From Octopus sinensis (taxonomy: Eukaryota), in assembly GCF_006345805.1 (NCBI RefSeq), contig NC_043012.1, positions 51,646,001 through 51,710,000 on the forward strand: a DNA stretch of 64,000 nt, given 5' to 3'. Below the pieces are notes generated by a model. That model made no database searches. It was not told the DNA's origin and saw only the letters and a program-made list of their open reading frames with translations. A program made the translations under genes and the position numbers. Of the stretch, positions 38,288 to 50,740 are shown one piece after another. Every line of letters begins with the position of its first letter. Position 1 is the first letter of the stretch.

Positions 38288-38626
38288 GGTATTGAGACCC
38301 CCTTCGGTCATGACTGACCGTGGGATTGCACCTGGAAAGTTACCCTCCCGGGCACAAGTCCGGACAAGGTTTTCTTATGGAAGATCAGCAATCACCCATG
38401 CAAACCAGCTCCACTTCTCCACGCCACCAGTGTTATCCAAGGGGAAGGCAATATCAGATACAGCTTGGCAACTGTGACGTCGAAACTCATTTCTATAGCT
38501 GAACTGGAGCCACGTGAAATAAAGTGTCTTGCTCAAGAACACAACACGCAGCCCAGTCCAGGATTCGAGCTCACAACCTCACGATCATAAGCTCGACGCT
38601 CTAACCACTGAGCCATGCACCTTCAC
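38288..38626 (-). mobile_element. tRNA-derived SINE family C (B-like head and centre, different 3' half)
   Basis: gtgaaggtgcatggctcagtggttagagcg...gagctcgaatcc head, gtgttcttgagcaagacact centre and an unrelated tail. Confidence 0.8.
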
Positions 38627-38666
38627 TTGGTATATATGTATATATGGTATATATGTGTATATATGG

Positions 38667-38706
<40 letters not shown>

Positions 38707-39864
38707 CCATATATACACATATATACCATATATACATATATAATATATATACCATATATACATATATATTCACTTGGTACATATGTATATAGACTATGGT
38801 ATATATATATATGTGTGTGTATGTGTACGTGTGTGTGTGTGTATGTGTGTCGGCGTGTGTGTACGTATGTATGTATCTATGTACATATGCATAGCTGGTT
38901 AAATAGAAAGACTGATAGGAACGAAGAGAGGGAAAAGCCCAATAGATGTGTGTATGTGTGTCTTTTTGTTTTTTCTTTTGTGCTTTATTTATGTTCTCCT
39001 TTAGAGATTCCAAAGCTGTCGCTAAGAAAGCGACAAGACTTTGTTGAGTTAACAGAGTTCCCGGTGCTTATAAATAAGCGGTTGTTTCAGTGTGTTGGTT
39101 GAGCTATCGATGCACTCACCCAAGTGTGTGCATCTATTCACCTAATGAAACTCAGATGGGGAATCTTTCTACGTATTTATGCACGTATATATGTATGTAT
39201 GCACGCATGTATGCATGTATGTATCTATGTATCTATGTATGTACGTGTGTATTTATGCATGCATCCACACACAAACAAAAACTACCTTGCACTAGGTCAA
39301 TATTAAATAAAGGTGTGTTGCTACCCCTTGTTTTTAAATAGATTATATCTTCAAAGTTTTTCAATCTAGACTAAAATAAGCATTGCTATAGAAAACGTAG
39401 ATCTAAAAAGTAGGGACATTTTGAAGTAAATAATTACCTAGTCTTCATAATTGAAGATCAGGAAAATGAACGAACTTGAAAGGAAACTTTAATAGAAGCG
39501 TATTCTTAAAACATTTCTTCTGATTTATCACTTCTGTAGTGCAAATCAGCTGTAGGGCCCCACCGGTATGTCTTCTTTTTCGTTAAGACAATATGTTCGC
39601 TACTAGAAAGCTCCCACGTTTTCTTACTCTTTGATCAAAATTACATTATGAAATCTTACTAAAGCGGAATATGTGATCTTTTCGATATTTTTTTTTTCTT
39701 TACAATTCTTAGATTATTTTCGTCTGCGCATGTCTATTTCTTCTTGCTCTATATGTTCTTTTTATTTGCTTATATGTATTCCTTACTCTTCTTCTTGTTC
39801 GTCTCCCAATTCTTTTACTTGTACCGCTCACTCTTATTCACTTTTTTGCCGTTCTTTTTATTTT

Positions 39865-40254
39865 CATCATCACCATCATCATCATCATCGTCGTCGTCGT
39901 CATAATCATCATCATCATCATCATCCTATTCTTCTTCTTCTTCTTCTTCTTCTTCTTCTTCTTCTTCTTCTTCTTCTTCTTCTTCTTTCTTCTTCTTCCT
40001 TTTCTTCACTTTCTTCCTCTCCTGCATCACCATCTTTTCTTCTCGCTTCCTCCTATTTTCTTTCTTTTCTCCTACTTTATCGTTTCTTTTTATTATTCGT
40101 CTCATTCTTCTTCTTCTTCTTCTTCTTCTTCTTCTTCTTCTTCTTCTTCTTCTCTTCCTCTTCTTCTTCTTCTTCTTCTTCTTCTTCTTCTTCTTCTTCT
40201 TCTCCTCCACCTCCTTCTTGTCGTCGTCGTCGTCATCATCATCATCACCATCAT
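39865..40254. repeat. Compound (CAT)n(CGT)n(CTT)n microsatellite with a long polypyrimidine core
   Basis: Direct reading. Confidence 0.95.
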
Positions 40255-40704
40255 TATTTCGCCGGTATAATTTCTTGCATTCTCGCATAGCACTGCTGAG
40301 CGCAGCTCGTTGCGTCTACGTTAAGTAAAGGATTTTGTTTACATCTTCTATTTCTTGAATTAATGATTTATCAGGCCTAGTACTCTCTGTTCTATGTATG
40401 CATATTCGTACGTTCTACGTTGATAGCCTTGTACATTTAGTCACGCATAAGTTTGCGTGGTCAAATAGTCACCCTTTGCAACAAAGAGGTTTCGAGTTCA
40501 GTCTCACTTAACGGCAACTTTGGCAATTTTTTTTCAACTATATTACGTCTTATACCGATGCCTCGTCTGTGAATTTGGCATTCAGAACATATATGGAAAT
40601 GCTAGGTTACGTATACATGTAAATATATATTTATATGCGTCTGTGTGTATGTGTGTGTGTGGTAGTAGTGTCTAGGAGAGCCAATATGCCGGTATATATA
40701 TATA

Positions 40705-40760
<56 letters not shown>

Positions 40761-42400
40761 TCGCCCACACCACATTCACACAAACATGTATATATATATT
40801 ATACTGAATATGTTATATATATATACATACTAAACATTATTTTTACATGCTTGCATATTAATGAAGGAACGTACACGCGTGTCTGATTTTATGTTTGCAT
40901 CGAGATGTTCTTCTGTGCACGTTTGTTTCAATAACTTGGCTGCTCGTCAAAAATTTCCATACATGAGTAAATAAGAATATTAAATATATATCGGTGTCAT
41001 AGCTTCACATCCCCAAATGGATATAACACCATGGATGCAGTACATTGACTACAATAAGTAGCTGGAAGAAAGTGCAAAAAATATTCCAACGCATTTACAA
41101 TTATAAATAGGAGGGCTGTAATTCCTTTACTGAACCCACAGAAAAGTTCACTAGAAGGTTTTGGCTAAAGAGGGCAGACCAGTAATTTGCTGCTGTGAGG
41201 ATGCTTGCTGGGACTTGACAAATCCTAGTTGGGTCAACTGGGTAAAGGAAACCGACAAACCATTAAAGCCTCAGAAATACCATTGTCGATGCATCCCGGA
41301 GCATCCGCGAGTTGTGGCTTAAAATCAACAATCTTACTTATTTTCCGATTCTTTATTCTCTGTATATATTAGTATCAAGTTTCTATAATGGTAAATATTT
41401 CCTCTCTGTAAGAGATATGTAAGGTTTCTTACAGGTGTATAGGAATGGACATACACTTGTGTTTATTGTAACACAATAATATGTGATATATCGGTCTTGA
41501 CTCGTGTACTTACAAAATTCTTCCACTAAATGAAGTATTAGTGGCTTACAAACCAACAAATGCCCCCTATATAACTATGTTAGGAAATTTTTGCTCCCAT
41601 TATTATGCTAAATACGAAAAGAAAAGGATAAATTTTAACCCTGTAGCACTTCTTTTTGTAATATAGTTTTCGACAAGATACAAAATTTTAAAACAATCTA
41701 TGCATTGACCAAACTTTCTCAACCTTTTTATTTTAATCCAAACAGTCCACTCCGTGGAAACAACTTTCAGGGTGATTACTTTAGCATAAAATCAACACAC
41801 ACAGGAAATACTCAGACATTCACACACTTTTAATTATCATCATGTATGTGTGATTATGTGTGTATGCAGTTATATATACGCATGTAGGTATATATATAAA
41901 TGTGTATGTGTGAATACTATATATGTATGCATATAAACGATATATGTTAGCATGTGTGTACGAATTCCTTCTGCATTTTTCTATTAGTAGCATTTAAACT
42001 GTTAAGATTCTATTTGAAATTTATTACGATATCTCAATTAAGAGTGTAATAAACGCATCCTTCGGGTTATGCTAAAGTAAAGTCTGAAACAATATGATAA
42101 AGAATCAAAGATTAAACTGGTGTTAGTAAATTATATCTCTCTAAATGTTTCTTAGTAATAATGCTTAATTGAAATAGATACTTTTCAATGAATTAATCTC
42201 AAATAATTCTTTTCGTGAGGCCTAACAAACGTTCATTTGTTTTAAAGCATTTACTGACAACTGCCTGAGCAATGCTAAAATGCCGTAATCACTAATATGG
42301 TATTTACAGAATGATGCATTCATTCACTAAATAATATTAGTTCAAAGCTTCGTTGCCGTTATTGCTTTGTTAAATATATCTCAATTCAACTACTTCTCAC

Positions 42401-42449
42401 CCCGTTTTGCTGAATCTTTGTATCTTTCAATGATTGACCCATATATACG
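42401..42449 (-). CDS. Candidate exon (49 nt), product unknown
   Basis: ttgttattcttttcaaag|C...GGG|gtgaga; two open frames (RIYGSIIERYKDSAKR or VYMGQSLKDTKIQQNG). Supported by splice signals only. Confidence 0.2.
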
Positions 42450-43553
42450 CTTTGAAAAGAATAACAAATTTAAAACACAATTCAACACTATCACATGACC
42501 TGACAAATTATGCCACAGTTCAGAGAAGACCAACGCAATTGCAGACTGATAATTGTTCAAGTGAAGTAGCACTTGACTAATCATGCAGAATCCGATCGCT
42601 CGCCAGGAATTAAATTGCAAACAATTTTGTCTCATTTTGCCGTAGGCTAATCGGAGAGGATGTAAGCAAAGAGAATGAAGCATTGCTTTGTCTAGCGTCG
42701 TTCATGTGTCACAACAGCATTTTCTTCACTGAATTCAAGATATTTTACTCATTTTACTGTTCCATTTGCATCTATTCCCAAATGTAATGAGTGCTTTCGT
42801 TCAGAGTAGCTGTCACTGTGGTAAAACAGAGCGCTATATCTGATCATTGCAACGAACGTCACGCTGAAAGGAGATCCGTCGCAAACAGAAAATACACAGT
42901 AGTGTCATTAGAAATCTTAATAATAACAATAATAAACGATATTAACAATAATATTTATAATAACCATAATAATAGGCAACCGTATAATGATCATGTCAAT
43001 TAAGTAAATAAATATTATCAAGGAGGCGAAATCCAAGTCAAGAACCAACTGACTGACAATATTTCTAAGAATTCAGAGACGATAAATAGTTCAATAGGCG
43101 CCAAATAGATATTGACATTCATAGAATAGAAGGAAAAGAATAAATAACGCTGTTTAAAATGTAAAGCCATCCTAATGAATGTCATATATAAACATAACAT
43201 GGCAAGTAACCAAATTAATTGTCAGCGATGATATCAATGGGTCTGAAAATCCACTCACACTTTCCACCCCCTCACAGCCACACCACGTACATACATACAT
43301 ACATACATACATACATACATACATACATACATACATACATACATACATACATACATACATACGTACGTACGTACATGCATATATGTTTGCATGTGTATAG
43401 TTGTGATGTATATGCAGCTATGCATATATAAATAGAATATATACATAAGTGTATATATATATATATATACAAAGAGAGACAGACATACAGAGACGGAGAG
43501 ATAGATAGACATGCTTGTATATAAAAATTATATTTCTATTTATATATAGATCA

Positions 43554-43647
<94 letters not shown>

Positions 43648-43696
43648 ATTTATATATATATATATATATATAATATATATATATAATATATATATA

Positions 43697-43729
<33 letters not shown>

Positions 43730-43744
43730 ATGGGAGAATTTTCG

Positions 43745-43890
43745 AAACAATCAAAAGACGAAGACAGATGGTGTAGAAAACAAACAGATGTATTAGTATA
43801 ACGCCGGGGACGGGAATTGAAAAGGTCTTTTATTTTCGAGCCTACGCTCTTCCACAGAAAGGAACACAGAAAGATACAAGGAGAAAAAAA
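43745..43890 (-). mobile_element. Penelope-like-derived repeat with a variant hammerhead
   Basis: Minus 43861-43827 reads CTTT-CTGTGGA-A-GAGC-GTAG-GCTC-GAAA-ATA-AAAG; stems I and II are perfectly paired. Confidence 0.55.
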
Positions 43891-44439
43891 TGTGTGGTGG
43901 CTATCGATCTATCCTGGTGACTGCATATGTAATTCTACATGTTCTTTAGATAATAAAATAGACATATACATACATAGTAACATTGTTTTCAAATTCTGGT
44001 TTAAGTCTAGCAGTTCCGTGGAAGAGAGCAACTGATACTTATTTTATCGAACCCGAAGTTTGAAAGGCAACGCCAGCTCACCGCCTAACATCCACATTAG
44101 TATTTAACATTAAACTGAAGGATCCCTCGATGCTTTTTAATAGTGTACATCATAATTAACTTTTACTAAGAAAATGTTCATTATGACTTCCAAGTATCGG
44201 CTTGCTTACTCTCATTCGTAAATCAGTTTGATGAAGGTGAGCTAAAATATACTTGAAGTCGATGCCAACTTTTTCTTCTAAAATTCAATACGTATATGAG
44301 TGTATATATGTGTGTGTGTATGTGTATGTGTGTGTGTGTGTGTGTGTGTTAGTGTGTGTGTGTGTGTGTGTGTATTTATACACAGACATGAGAGAAGCTA
44401 ATCATTACAATTTATATAAATCTGACATTATTCATTCAA

Positions 44440-45480
44440 ATTATTGATTAATAGTTATAATGGGAATTTTTATATTCAGTAGGCATGTCCTTGGCATTTT
44501 TCAATGCAAGGACCCTATTAGGTATGTTACTGATCAGATTACAAATATTCTCTTGCGGAATTTTCTGCCAAGTTTCATGCAGTAATCTGAAAAGATCTGA
44601 AGATACTTTTTTGTTCTTTTTTATGACGTGTCCTGTCAATTATGTCCCGGAGGTGTTCCATAGCGTTCAAATCTGGTGACTGGTTTAGCCATGGATTATT
44701 TTAAAAACCATTCTCATCCAACATATCTTGGGTAATTTTAGCCATAAATAGTCTTCTTTAATCATTTCTCCACTGGAGAAGATTGGAAGGTGTCCTATGT
44801 ACAATATGAATACATTTTATTTGAGTTTATGTTTCCCTCACACTCCACCAGCCCTGATCAACCATTACTCCAAATTTCTCCCCAGAGTATCACAGAATAG
44901 CTGTTATGTTTCATTGTTAACTGCAATCTTTTCACGTCAAACTCTTGATCACAGAGTCTCCAGACACACATTCAACCACTATCGAGAAATACAAAAAGTC
45001 TGGACATATCAAAAAAAGTGTCTCAAAATGCTAGTGGCCTCGCTACCATCTCACTGGGCCCAATATTTTCCCCGCTTTATGCTGGCTATTCCAAGATTTG
45101 GCTTCCTTCTGGCTGCTTTGCATAGTAACCAAGTTTGTGGAGACACCTGACACCTGTTCTCGAATTGGTATCAACTTGTTCTACTGTGTCAGAGGCTTTG
45201 CAACAAGTATTATCCTTCACACTTCACTAAACAAAGAGAAATCTCCTGTCAGGCGGGCTCTGGTTTACCTGGGCAAGGTGATGTGGCTCCTTTTCCCTCT
45301 CTGGTGAATTGCATACTCACCCTATCATCTCTAGAATGCGGGATCCCACTGTTATCTCGGTGTTACGCTATGTCCACATTTAGAGTAACACACAACACAG
45401 CCTCTTTGATATTCAGTCAGTTCCAAAGCTTCTTTTGTACACGGCATGATTATACAGCCACACACAGAACCTGAAACATA
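44440..45480 (-). pseudogene. Near full-length decayed Tc1-family transposase
   Basis: ATG at 45447 (MPCTKEALELTEYQRGCVV), LQLTMKHNSYSVILWG, WLNQSPDLNAMEHL, ...KNAKDMPTEY at about 44470; about 980 nt with many stops and frameshifts. Confidence 0.85.
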
Positions 45481-45944
45481 AAAATGACAATAGATAAACA
45501 GTTTTATGTGGTGTTTTACGTGGTGTCTATTTTCGTCGGTCCTCTGTGTGTGTATAGAAACATCTAACGTTCTTAAAATGCATATGAAAATAATATCTAA
45601 GCATGTGTATGTACTCTTGTGTGCCTGTATGCATGTGTGCGGTGTGTGTCAGTCTTTGTATGAGTATGTGCATATACCTAAATTCATTTTTAATTTGATT
45701 TTTGGATTCAGTTTCAACACTCCATGCACTTGTTGGATGTTGGATCAAATGAACACTATTTGAATGATTTTGCGAGATATTTTTCGAATTTTGCGAGACA
45801 GATTTCGAACGAAATTTTTCTGAAATTGTTATACATTTGCTTACATAAATGAAATGATTTTTCTACCTTGATACAATCATTAGTGTAGTCTTAACACAAT
45901 AAATTTTTAGTTAAATCCTGCTAAATGTAGTTTGATGAAACATT

Positions 45945-46150
45945 GGTTTCAAATTTTTGCACAAGGCCAGTAAATTCGGGAGTGTGGGTAGATCGGTTAC
46001 ATCGACCCTAGAGTTCAATTGACACTTATCTTATCGATCTCGATATGATGAAACACAACGTTGGCCTCCGCGGAATTTGAATTCAGTACTTAACATCTGA
46101 CGAAATTCCGCAAAGCATTTAGCCTGCTGTGATAACAATTCTGGTTGCTC
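45945..46150 (-). mobile_element. SINE family D (degenerate)
   Basis: gcacaaggccagtaaattcggg...atcgaccc...acttatcttatcgatctcga...cgcggaatttgaattcag. Confidence 0.7.
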
Positions 46151-47243
46151 AGTCTTAGTTTTATGAAATGTTAAAAGATAGCAGAAACGTGCGATTGTTA
46201 GAAAACCTAATATAATTTTCAGCTAGTGATGATTCACAATACAGTGTACTAGAAATCACCCTTGCATCAAACTTTGTGGGTCCGCAAACGCATGTTGTGT
46301 CATTAATGTCATCGATTTATTTGAGCGAACTTCGTCATCAATTATAGTGTCCCCACAACATAACATCAGATATGGCCTTATGTTCAGCACGATAGTTGGA
46401 GCTAACAAAACATGCCCTGTGTCGATTAACAGTTACAGAGATGAGTGCAATGTTTCCATAACTATCTTCGTTGGTTCTGGTGGTATCCTAAAACCAAAAG
46501 AGGCGTGGACTCATCATGACAATCCTGAAACGCTTTCTTTATATTCTAGATGTTTCCATAAATGAGAATGTTCCCTTTGTATGCCTCTAGACTACCATTT
46601 TTAAATTTAGGGAAATTTCAAAACCTTGATTGCTAGATATTTCTAAGATGACTGGGGTAGCCCAAACTTCTCTCTTGTGCTTTACTATGTTTTTTCCTAC
46701 CGATATTATAAAGACCTTAAGTAATTTAAATCACTTATTTTATTGATAAGAAATATTGACATGCATTTACAAACGAATCTATTTTTCATTTCGTTGCGTA
46801 GTATAAATAAATTGATTTTATCACGTGTGCATTATAAATACTATAATATACATTCCTTTACAGTCTGCACTTAAACTGTGCCAGTATAAATTAATGTTAT
46901 CCACTTTAAAATCTTATGCATCGAATATGTTTTGAAACAACTGCAACGATACTGAATTATTATAATATCGAAGCTTTAGCGTATGTAATCATAATTTTCA
47001 AGCGTCTCATTTCTATAATCTCTAAGAATACAAATAGCCTCTTGGGATTCAGATATTCTACATGATTAAAACCTCTTCATTTGTTAGTAAGCAGTTAGTT
47101 TCAAAACATGCAAAGCTGGTATTAAATAATTCTACCTTCACTAACGCATTTTCGGAAATCTTTAAAAACCTCTATTATACATTACATTTTTGTAGTATTT
47201 AAATTCAAAAACAAAACAGTTTACACTATACACACACACACAG

Positions 47244-47274
<31 letters not shown>

Positions 47275-47304
47275 TATATATATATATATATATAAATACA
47301 AAAT

Positions 47305-47465
47305 GGGACAAGAACGCAAAACATCCGGTCAACAAGGTCATACAAAAAGGGACAACAAAACATCCAGACACGATACAAAGAAAACTAAGACAGGTCATTT
47401 GAAGTTGTCTATCTTCAGTCAAGAACCAGATTATCCTCGCAATTTCGACTGATAATTCTTGAGTT
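47305..47465 (-). mobile_element. Short interspersed repeat with a possible hammerhead remnant
   Basis: Minus CTGAAGA (47418-47412) followed by tagacaacttc-AAA; the G of GAAA is missing and the stems are weak. Confidence 0.3.
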
Positions 47466-47467
47466 TG

Positions 47468-47527
<60 letters not shown>

Positions 47528-49249
47528 TTATATATATTTATCTATTCATTTATTTATTTATAGTGTGTGTGCATGTGTGTATATGTGTGTTTGTGGAAAT
47601 TGTAAATAAATTAAATATGCTTTAGAATTATTAAAATTGAAATTTATTTAATATTTTTCATTATTTAAAATTTAATTTCAGTATTCATATAAAATGAAAA
47701 AAATGTCAAAATGGCAATAAACTGCTTAACCTGACAACTCCCAACTGAATCGAAGCGAGTCGGAAACTACAACAAATCGATAGCCACTCAAGTTCAAAGA
47801 GCTCCCAAAACATTTTCAAACACAGTTAAAGGAGTGTATTCCAATGGGGCGTTCTTAACATTTCATAAGTTTCTCGGGGACACATTCCTCAGATTTATTC
47901 GAAGTAAATGTAACGCAGCCTTTACATTTATCGATTAATTCATACCATATTTATAAAGATACTCCATTTTTATACAATGCACAAGGTAATATATTTGATT
48001 TCCTAAAGATTCGCAAGTACAAATTACTCGTTCATTGTGAAATGCAAAACTACTGCAGGTCTTTATTACTGCCCATCTTTGCACGTTAATCTGTAGTATA
48101 TTTTAGCATATTATTGTTTATGTTATGTCAATTATATGTGTTTTTCAATTTAAAGATATTTTGGTCTTCGATGTAAGATTCTCAGATATATTTATGATTT
48201 GAGGATATGACATGTTTATATTTCGATGTAAGATTCACAGATATGTTTATGATTTGATCTGATAGTGTTTTTCTCCACAATTATTACGGTAAAATTAGAA
48301 GCAAATGATTTTTGACATATTTATATGTATGTATGTACGTATGTATATATGGATATATATATATAGTCCATTCTCGTTATACCGCCACGAACGGGCCCTT
48401 AACAAATTGGCGGTTGAACGGGGTTGGTGGTAAATTGAGGGAGGCTTTCTGCAGTAGATTTAAAGCCGATCATATATGAATTTTTTTATATAACACAGTA
48501 TCGTAGCTAACTTTCAGAAAGTGGAGAATGGGCAAAACTTGATTTCTGATGTGTAAACAAAATTTTCATATAAAAATTTAAAAAAAGAAAGGGATAAACT
48601 TGAAAGTTGAGAGCGGGGGCGGGGGACATATTGCCCTTCTTGTCCTTCTCCCCTCCTCTCTGGTAGTTATACCCTTGTTAAAACACCAATTGTAAATGCA
48701 GTGTGACTATCTTTTAGATTTTAGTTGAAATATTTTTAACAAATGTTTTACTGTTGAACAAATAAATTTTAATGATAATATACATACACGTGTGTGTGTT
48801 TATACATTTATATATGTATATATTCAAAAGTAAAGTAGCTAGCAAGTTATAGACACAATATATATTAAAAATATCAAATTCCAGATTGCTTTAGTTAAAT
48901 TTTATAACTTCACATGTATTAGTGAATATATATCAAAATTTCTTACAAGAACAGGTTCAAAACCGAAAATTCTGGAGATGGAAATGTACCATGCAAAAAA
49001 GTTTGTCAGTCCGATAAAACTTAATTATTATAGAACTAGAATGTCAAAATATTTCTGAAAACTACTTGTTTTGAAAGTGAGACTATCTGAGATTATATAA
49101 TGCAACTGAAATCATTACATTACAACTGCAGAGTTCCTTAACGTTAACCATTAAGGAACACTGCAGGAATTCATAACGTTAAGTAGTACCTCTTTATTCC
49201 AATCGTTAAGGCAGTTTTTTTTTTATGTTTCTATTTTTCTACTTATATT

Positions 49250-49650
49250 ACTTTCAAATTTTAGCATAAGGCCAAATATTTGGGGAAAGTAGTAGGGTGA
49301 TCACTCTGACTCACTATACTCAACTCATACTTATTTTATTGACCCGAAAAGGATGAAAAGAATTTGACTTCATAACGTAAATATGGATGAAATGTCGCTA
49401 AGCATTCTACCCAGCCTACTAACGGTCCTCCCAGTTCACTGCCTTCTTTAACTACTGATATTGTTTCAAATTCTGGCGCAAGTTCGATAAAGGGGCTTAG
49501 TCGATTATATCGACCTCATTGTTCAAGTAGTACTCATTTTGTCGATCTATAAAAGATAAAATTTAGGTCTTGAAATCAGAGTATAAAGACGGAGGAATTA
49601 CAAATAATCTTTTTTCACTGGCGTACTAATGATTCTGCCAGCTCAGCGCC
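49250..49650 (-). mobile_element. Two adjacent degenerate SINE family D copies
   Basis: acttattttattgacccgaaaaggatgaaa (about 49330) and gtcgattatatcgacctc...gtactcattttgtcgatc (about 49500), each ending near ctaa(c/t)g. Confidence 0.65.
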
Positions 49651-49844
49651 ATGTTTCTGTACTTACACTAAAAGTATAATTATACAATTCGGATTATCAG
49701 ATGCTCGCCATTGAAAGATTGTCTTCGTTTCTCAACAAGATCTATATTAGTATTTCTACCAGAAAATAGACCACTGTTGAACAATATACCTGTGTGTGAA
49801 TTTAAATGAGACAACAAATGGTTATTGACTTGAAATATTACTCA

Positions 49845-50118
49845 TATTGGCGCAGGAACGATTGAAAGTATGTGATCTCGGGTTTGGGAAAACACACTTT
49901 TATTATAGCCTCGGTTTAACCGTGAGCTTGAAATTGATAAACGGATCTGTGTATGTTTGTGTGTGTGGTGTGTATATCTGTTTCTGTACCTATCATTATC
50001 GTGACAAACGTCGAAACTATTGCTGATATATGTATCAGACTACCGATATGATCTACCAAAAAATTTTAAGGTGGTGCCGTAGCATCTGTGCAATCCAATG
50101 AATGAAAGAAGTAAAAGA
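49845..50118 (+). mobile_element. Heavily decayed SINE family A copy
   Basis: ggcgcagga head, tattatagcctcgg, aaggtggtgccgtagcat and gaaagaagtaaaaga tail remnants. Confidence 0.45.
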
Positions 50119-50462
50119 GGTACAGTGTATACCTTGCCTTAAACCTTGATATATCTCAATTGAAATTTTAGGTTATATTCTATAAGAAAGTATTACCTTC
50201 ACTTAGCAGTGAGACGCGCCAGAAAATGTATTTCTCTAAACTTCATTGTGAAACGTTTGCAACATCAATGATCATTTTTATCAGCTTGAATCCATAATAT
50301 GAATTAAAATACACGTCTCCAATCTCGCTTTAGTAACGAGATATTATGTTATTGCAACGAATATATGAGGGTTGGTGTAGCGTAACTGTAATGTTCGATT
50401 TTTATTGGCATTCAAATGTTATGAATTCGATGTAAAAAAGAAAAAATCACGCACGCACACAC

Positions 50463-50499
<37 letters not shown>

Positions 50500-50634
50500 C
50501 ACACACATACACACACATAAATACACACATATATACACACACACATTTACATATGCACAAACAACCACACACCCACAAATATATACCTGTAGTTTTATAT
50601 TTATTATTTCTTTAATTTCATGGAGTAAACATAC

Positions 50635-50740
50635 CTTCGAAGTCAACATTTTACTGTGATGTTTTGTTGTTATTTTAAAGCATTGGAGAATGCAAAATAT
50701 TTTCATAAAGTCAATACTGAAATTGTTTAGATGGACATGC
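50635..50740 (-). other. Candidate exon (106 nt), possibly a 5' exon containing a start codon
   Basis: tttgattcatttgcatttag|G ... GAAG|gtatgt; one open frame (HVHLNNFSIDFMKIFCILQCFKITTKHHSKMLTSK). Supported by splice signals only. Confidence 0.25.

Noticed and set aside
39541-39566. 26-nt plus-strand microexon (ctgtag|...CCG|gtatgt)
   Set aside because: Splice signals only; no partner exons could be identified.
48167-48257. 55-bp two-unit tandem repeat
   Set aside because: An ordinary local duplication with no further structure.
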